In this document: positions 7,281-9,380 of the stretch, in pieces
Layout of the letters: each line of letters opens with the position of its first letter
How positions within the stretch are numbered: the first letter of the stretch is position 1
Virus record (IMG/VR): IMGVR_UViG_2563366903_000014
Origin: a virus
Taxonomy: Duplodnaviria; Heunggongvirae; Uroviricota; Caudoviricetes
Reading direction: 5' to 3' (one strand)
Length of the DNA stretch: 9,380 bases
Notes under the pieces: generated by a model
Database searches by the model: none
What the model was told of the DNA's origin: nothing
What the model saw: only the letters and a program-made list of their open reading frames with translations
Translations under genes and position numbers: made by a program

Positions 7281-7484
7281 TTACGCGGCGTTGTTGCGAG
7301 AAGCATCAATACGCTGGTTAATCCATTCGTCGACTTCACTTTCAATAAAAGCCACGGAGCGGGGACCAATTTTTACCGGTTTAGGGAAGCGCCCCAGGCT
7401 GATCAGGCGATAAATCCATGCGCGACCGTAACCAGTACGGCGCATAACCTCAGAAAGACGGATGAATGAATTGTTATTAGCCAT
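7281..7484 (-). CDS. alpA: AlpA/Vis-family transcriptional regulator (prophage CP4-57 regulatory protein family)
   Basis: 67 aa; IRLSEVMRRTGYGRAWIYRLISLGRFPKPVKIGPRSVAFIESEVDEWINQRI resembles E. coli AlpA; AAGGAG SD 8 nt upstream of ATG 7482-7484. Confidence 0.85.
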   Translation of the reverse strand: MANNNSFIRLSEVMRRTGYGRAWIYRLISLGRFPKPVKIGPRSVAFIESEVDEWINQRIDASRNNAA

Positions 7485-7559
7485 TTATCAATCTCCTTAA
7501 TGTTGACGCGGAAATCCCCTCCTGTGGCTTAGCAAGAGTTTTATTTGCGTCAAATTACG

Positions 7560-7597
7560 AACACGACAAAAACCACAACATGAAAACATGTTGTGGT
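7560..7597 (-). terminator. Candidate rho-independent terminator (minus strand) or operator palindrome upstream of alpA
   Basis: Perfect 10-bp inverted repeat CCACAACATG-aaaa-CATGTTGTGG (7573-7596); on the minus strand it is followed by TTTTTGTCGTGTT. Confidence 0.45.
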
Positions 7598-8126
7598 ATT
7601 GCATAAGATAAATTCAGATTGTTTGGTTGGTATGCTCCAGCAAGGTAGAGCTATTCCCGCTTTCGGCGGGGTCACACGATTAGGCGTGACGTCCAGTAGT
7701 TTTAAAGAGCGCTTTTTCAGTACATGGTGGACGGACAAGAGAGCAATTGCGCTTTGTCAGCGCCGTAGATTCATATTTGAATCGTTGTATGTTTCCCGAT
7801 AGCAAATCTATCGGTCACTGCGGGACGAACCATCCCGCCGCATCAATGTTAAAGATCAACAGCACTTTGCCAGCGCTCCACCGCCTCATGGATGAATCAT
7901 TACATGCTTTGTAATAGTGCATGTATCACCATTCTTTCCTGCATCAGGAAAGCACTAAAGGCTGTTAAAGAGCATCCAGCTTTTCAGCTGCGTAGAAAAC
8001 TCAATCTTCGTTGTTACAAAGAGCGCCCATACATGACGGATAACTGCGTGAAAAACCCTCTGTAAGAATGTTAGCTGTAGCTTTCCGTGTACGTTAGCAT
8101 ACATCTGTATACTTGTCCAGTCGTTT

Positions 8127-9341
8127 TTATGCACATACACTAAACTTGCCGTGCACCACGTTTCCGCCCTGTTCCAGTGAGTCCATATAGTCGGCGTACC
8201 ACTGGAGCATCTCCCGCCGTCCGTCCAGATATTGCGCGTGATTGTATGTGCCACGGATCGAGTTTTTATCGACGTGCGCCAGCTGCGTTTCTATCCACGC
8301 GGAGTTATAACCCTGCTCATGCAAAATTGTACTCATGGTATGCCGGAACCCATGACCAGTAACGCGCCCAGCATAGCCAATACGACGAATAAGCACGTTC
8401 ATCGCCATTTCACTCATCGGTTTACTGTGCTGTATTCGACCAGGGAAAATAAACGGATACTGCCCCGTCATGTGTTTCAGTTGTTCCAGAATAGCAATCG
8501 CCTGTTCTGAAAGCGGCACGCAATGAGGACGGCGCATTTTCATTCGTTCTTTCGGCACTTCCCACAGACGATTATCAAAATCAATCTCCTGCCACTCTGC
8601 CTGCCGCAATTCACCCGGACGGAGTCCTGTAAGAATCAACAATCGCATACCCAGCTTGACGATCTGGCTTCCGGTGTACGTATTAAAAACGCGGAAAAAT
8701 TCCGGTAGCTCATCAACTTTCAGATACGCGTAATGCTCTTTTTTGTGTGGTGCAAATGCGCTTGCCAGATCAGGAGCGGGGTTATATTCAGCGCGTCCGG
8801 TAATTATTGCGTACCGAAACACTTCGCCACATCGCTGGCGAACCTTACGCAATTTTTCAGTTGCGCCACGGTCATTAAGACGGGATAGAACCGCGAGCAA
8901 TTCCATCGGCTTAATCTCTGCGATGGGCCTACCTCCAATGTACGGAAAAACGTCTTTTTCAAACGTCTCTATCATTTCCTCTGCATATGAGGGAGACCAT
9001 CGGTCCAGGCGTTTTTCATACCACTCACGGGCGATCACCTCAAAGGTGTTACCGCATTTGTTCGCCTGTTCTCGCTTTTGGGCCTTTCTGACCTCACTCG
9101 GATTAACTCCACCAGCGATAAGCCTTTTGGCTTCATCCCTTGCCGTCCTGGCATCAGAAAGGGACACCTCAGGATAGACACCCAGCGACAACATTTTGGG
9201 CTTGCCTGCAAACCTGTATCGCAATCGCCAGCCCTTCGAACCGTTCGGCTCAATGAGTAACGAAAGCCCGTTGCCGTCATTGAGTGTATAGGCTTTCTCT
9301 TTTGGCTTCGCGCGGCGGATAGCAAGGTCTGAAAGCAACAT
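8127..9341 (-). CDS. int: Tyrosine recombinase / P4-family integrase
   Basis: N-terminus MLLSDLAIRRAKPKEKAYTLNDGNGLSLLIEPNGSKGWRLRY matches the P4/CP4-57 integrase N-terminal pattern; C-terminal catalytic motifs HGFRHT and RGTYNHAQY. ORF is open to the window edge (alternative ATG at 9378-9380), so the true start may be 9341 or lie further upstream. Confidence 0.88.
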   Translation of the reverse strand: MLLSDLAIRRAKPKEKAYTLNDGNGLSLLIEPNGSKGWRLRYRFAGKPKMLSLGVYPEVSLSDARTARDEAKRLIAGGVNPSEVRKAQKREQANKCGNTFEVIAREWYEKRLDRWSPSYAEEMIETFEKDVFPYIGGRPIAEIKPMELLAVLSRLNDRGATEKLRKVRQRCGEVFRYAIITGRAEYNPAPDLASAFAPHKKEHYAYLKVDELPEFFRVFNTYTGSQIVKLGMRLLILTGLRPGELRQAEWQEIDFDNRLWEVPKERMKMRRPHCVPLSEQAIAILEQLKHMTGQYPFIFPGRIQHSKPMSEMAMNVLIRRIGYAGRVTGHGFRHTMSTILHEQGYNSAWIETQLAHVDKNSIRGTYNHAQYLDGRREMLQWYADYMDSLEQGGNVVHGKFSVCA

Positions 9342-9380
9342 GTGTATAGCCCCCAAAAAACGATTTTGTCCTATACGCAT

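Larger units (their letters stand above)
748..9380 (-). mobile_element. Partial P4-like / PICI-type integrative satellite element (integrase, AlpA regulator, Rha, primase-helicase, iteron origin, SSB); ends not in window
   Basis: Co-oriented gene set int - alpA - rha - primase/helicase with TGTTCACC iterons, an arrangement typical of CP4-57-like/P4-like islands; integrase ORF runs to the window edge so the att site/tRNA is presumably beyond 9380. Confidence 0.7.

Noticed and set aside
6245-7413. Plus-strand ORFs 6245..6439 and 7216..7413
   Set aside because: Antisense to the rha and alpA genes, both of which have recognisable family signatures.
7485-7570. Sigma-70 promoter assignment for alpA (TTGACG near 7548-7553 on the minus strand)
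   Set aside because: A -35-like hexamer exists but no acceptable -10 hexamer at 16-18 bp spacing could be found by eye; left as unassigned rather than reported as a feature.
7550-8254. ORFs 7550..7738 (-), 7593..7802 (+), 7955..8254 (-) in the int-alpA spacer
   Set aside because: The 7550..7738 frame translates straight through the 10-bp palindrome/terminator; 7955..8254 overlaps the integrase 3' end; none has a credible RBS or protein-like sequence. A small gene here cannot be fully excluded.
8177-9325. Six short ORFs on both strands within the integrase gene (8177..8362, 8232..8510, 8523..8708, 8743..9177, 9035..9325, 9078..9260)
   Set aside because: All overlap the integrase coding region in alternative or antisense frames; the integrase frame carries recognisable catalytic motifs, the others do not resemble proteins.

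Overview
The window looks like most of the core of a P4-like / PICI-type integrative satellite element of an enterobacterium, with nearly all genes on the minus strand. From right to left: a P4-family tyrosine integrase (8127..9341, open to the window edge), a 640-bp hairpin-rich spacer, then a tightly overlapping operon of an AlpA/Vis-family regulator, a 171-aa protein, a Rha-family regulatory protein and a 70-aa protein (7484->5766). Next comes a ~1.3-kb control region (4479..5765) holding two oppositely oriented, paralogous small ORFs with their own terminator plus a motif-dense non-coding stretch. A second leftward operon follows: three small overlapping or closely spaced ORFs and a 606-aa P4-alpha-type primase/helicase (4478->1922). 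Immediately downstream is a cluster of eight perfect GGTGAACA/TGTTCACC octamers beside an AT-rich stretch (1640..1910), which I read as the replication origin, then a 149-aa unknown protein translationally coupled to a short SSB ending in DDIPF (1634->748). The leftmost ~530 bp is sharply AT-rich with no long ORF. No rRNA, tRNA or CRISPR array was seen, and no large known defence enzyme. The most likely places for undescribed biology are the divergent small-ORF/control region at 4479..5765, the origin-adjacent ORF149-SSB pair, and the small ORFs upstream of the primase. All functional calls rest on motif recognition by eye; no database search was run.
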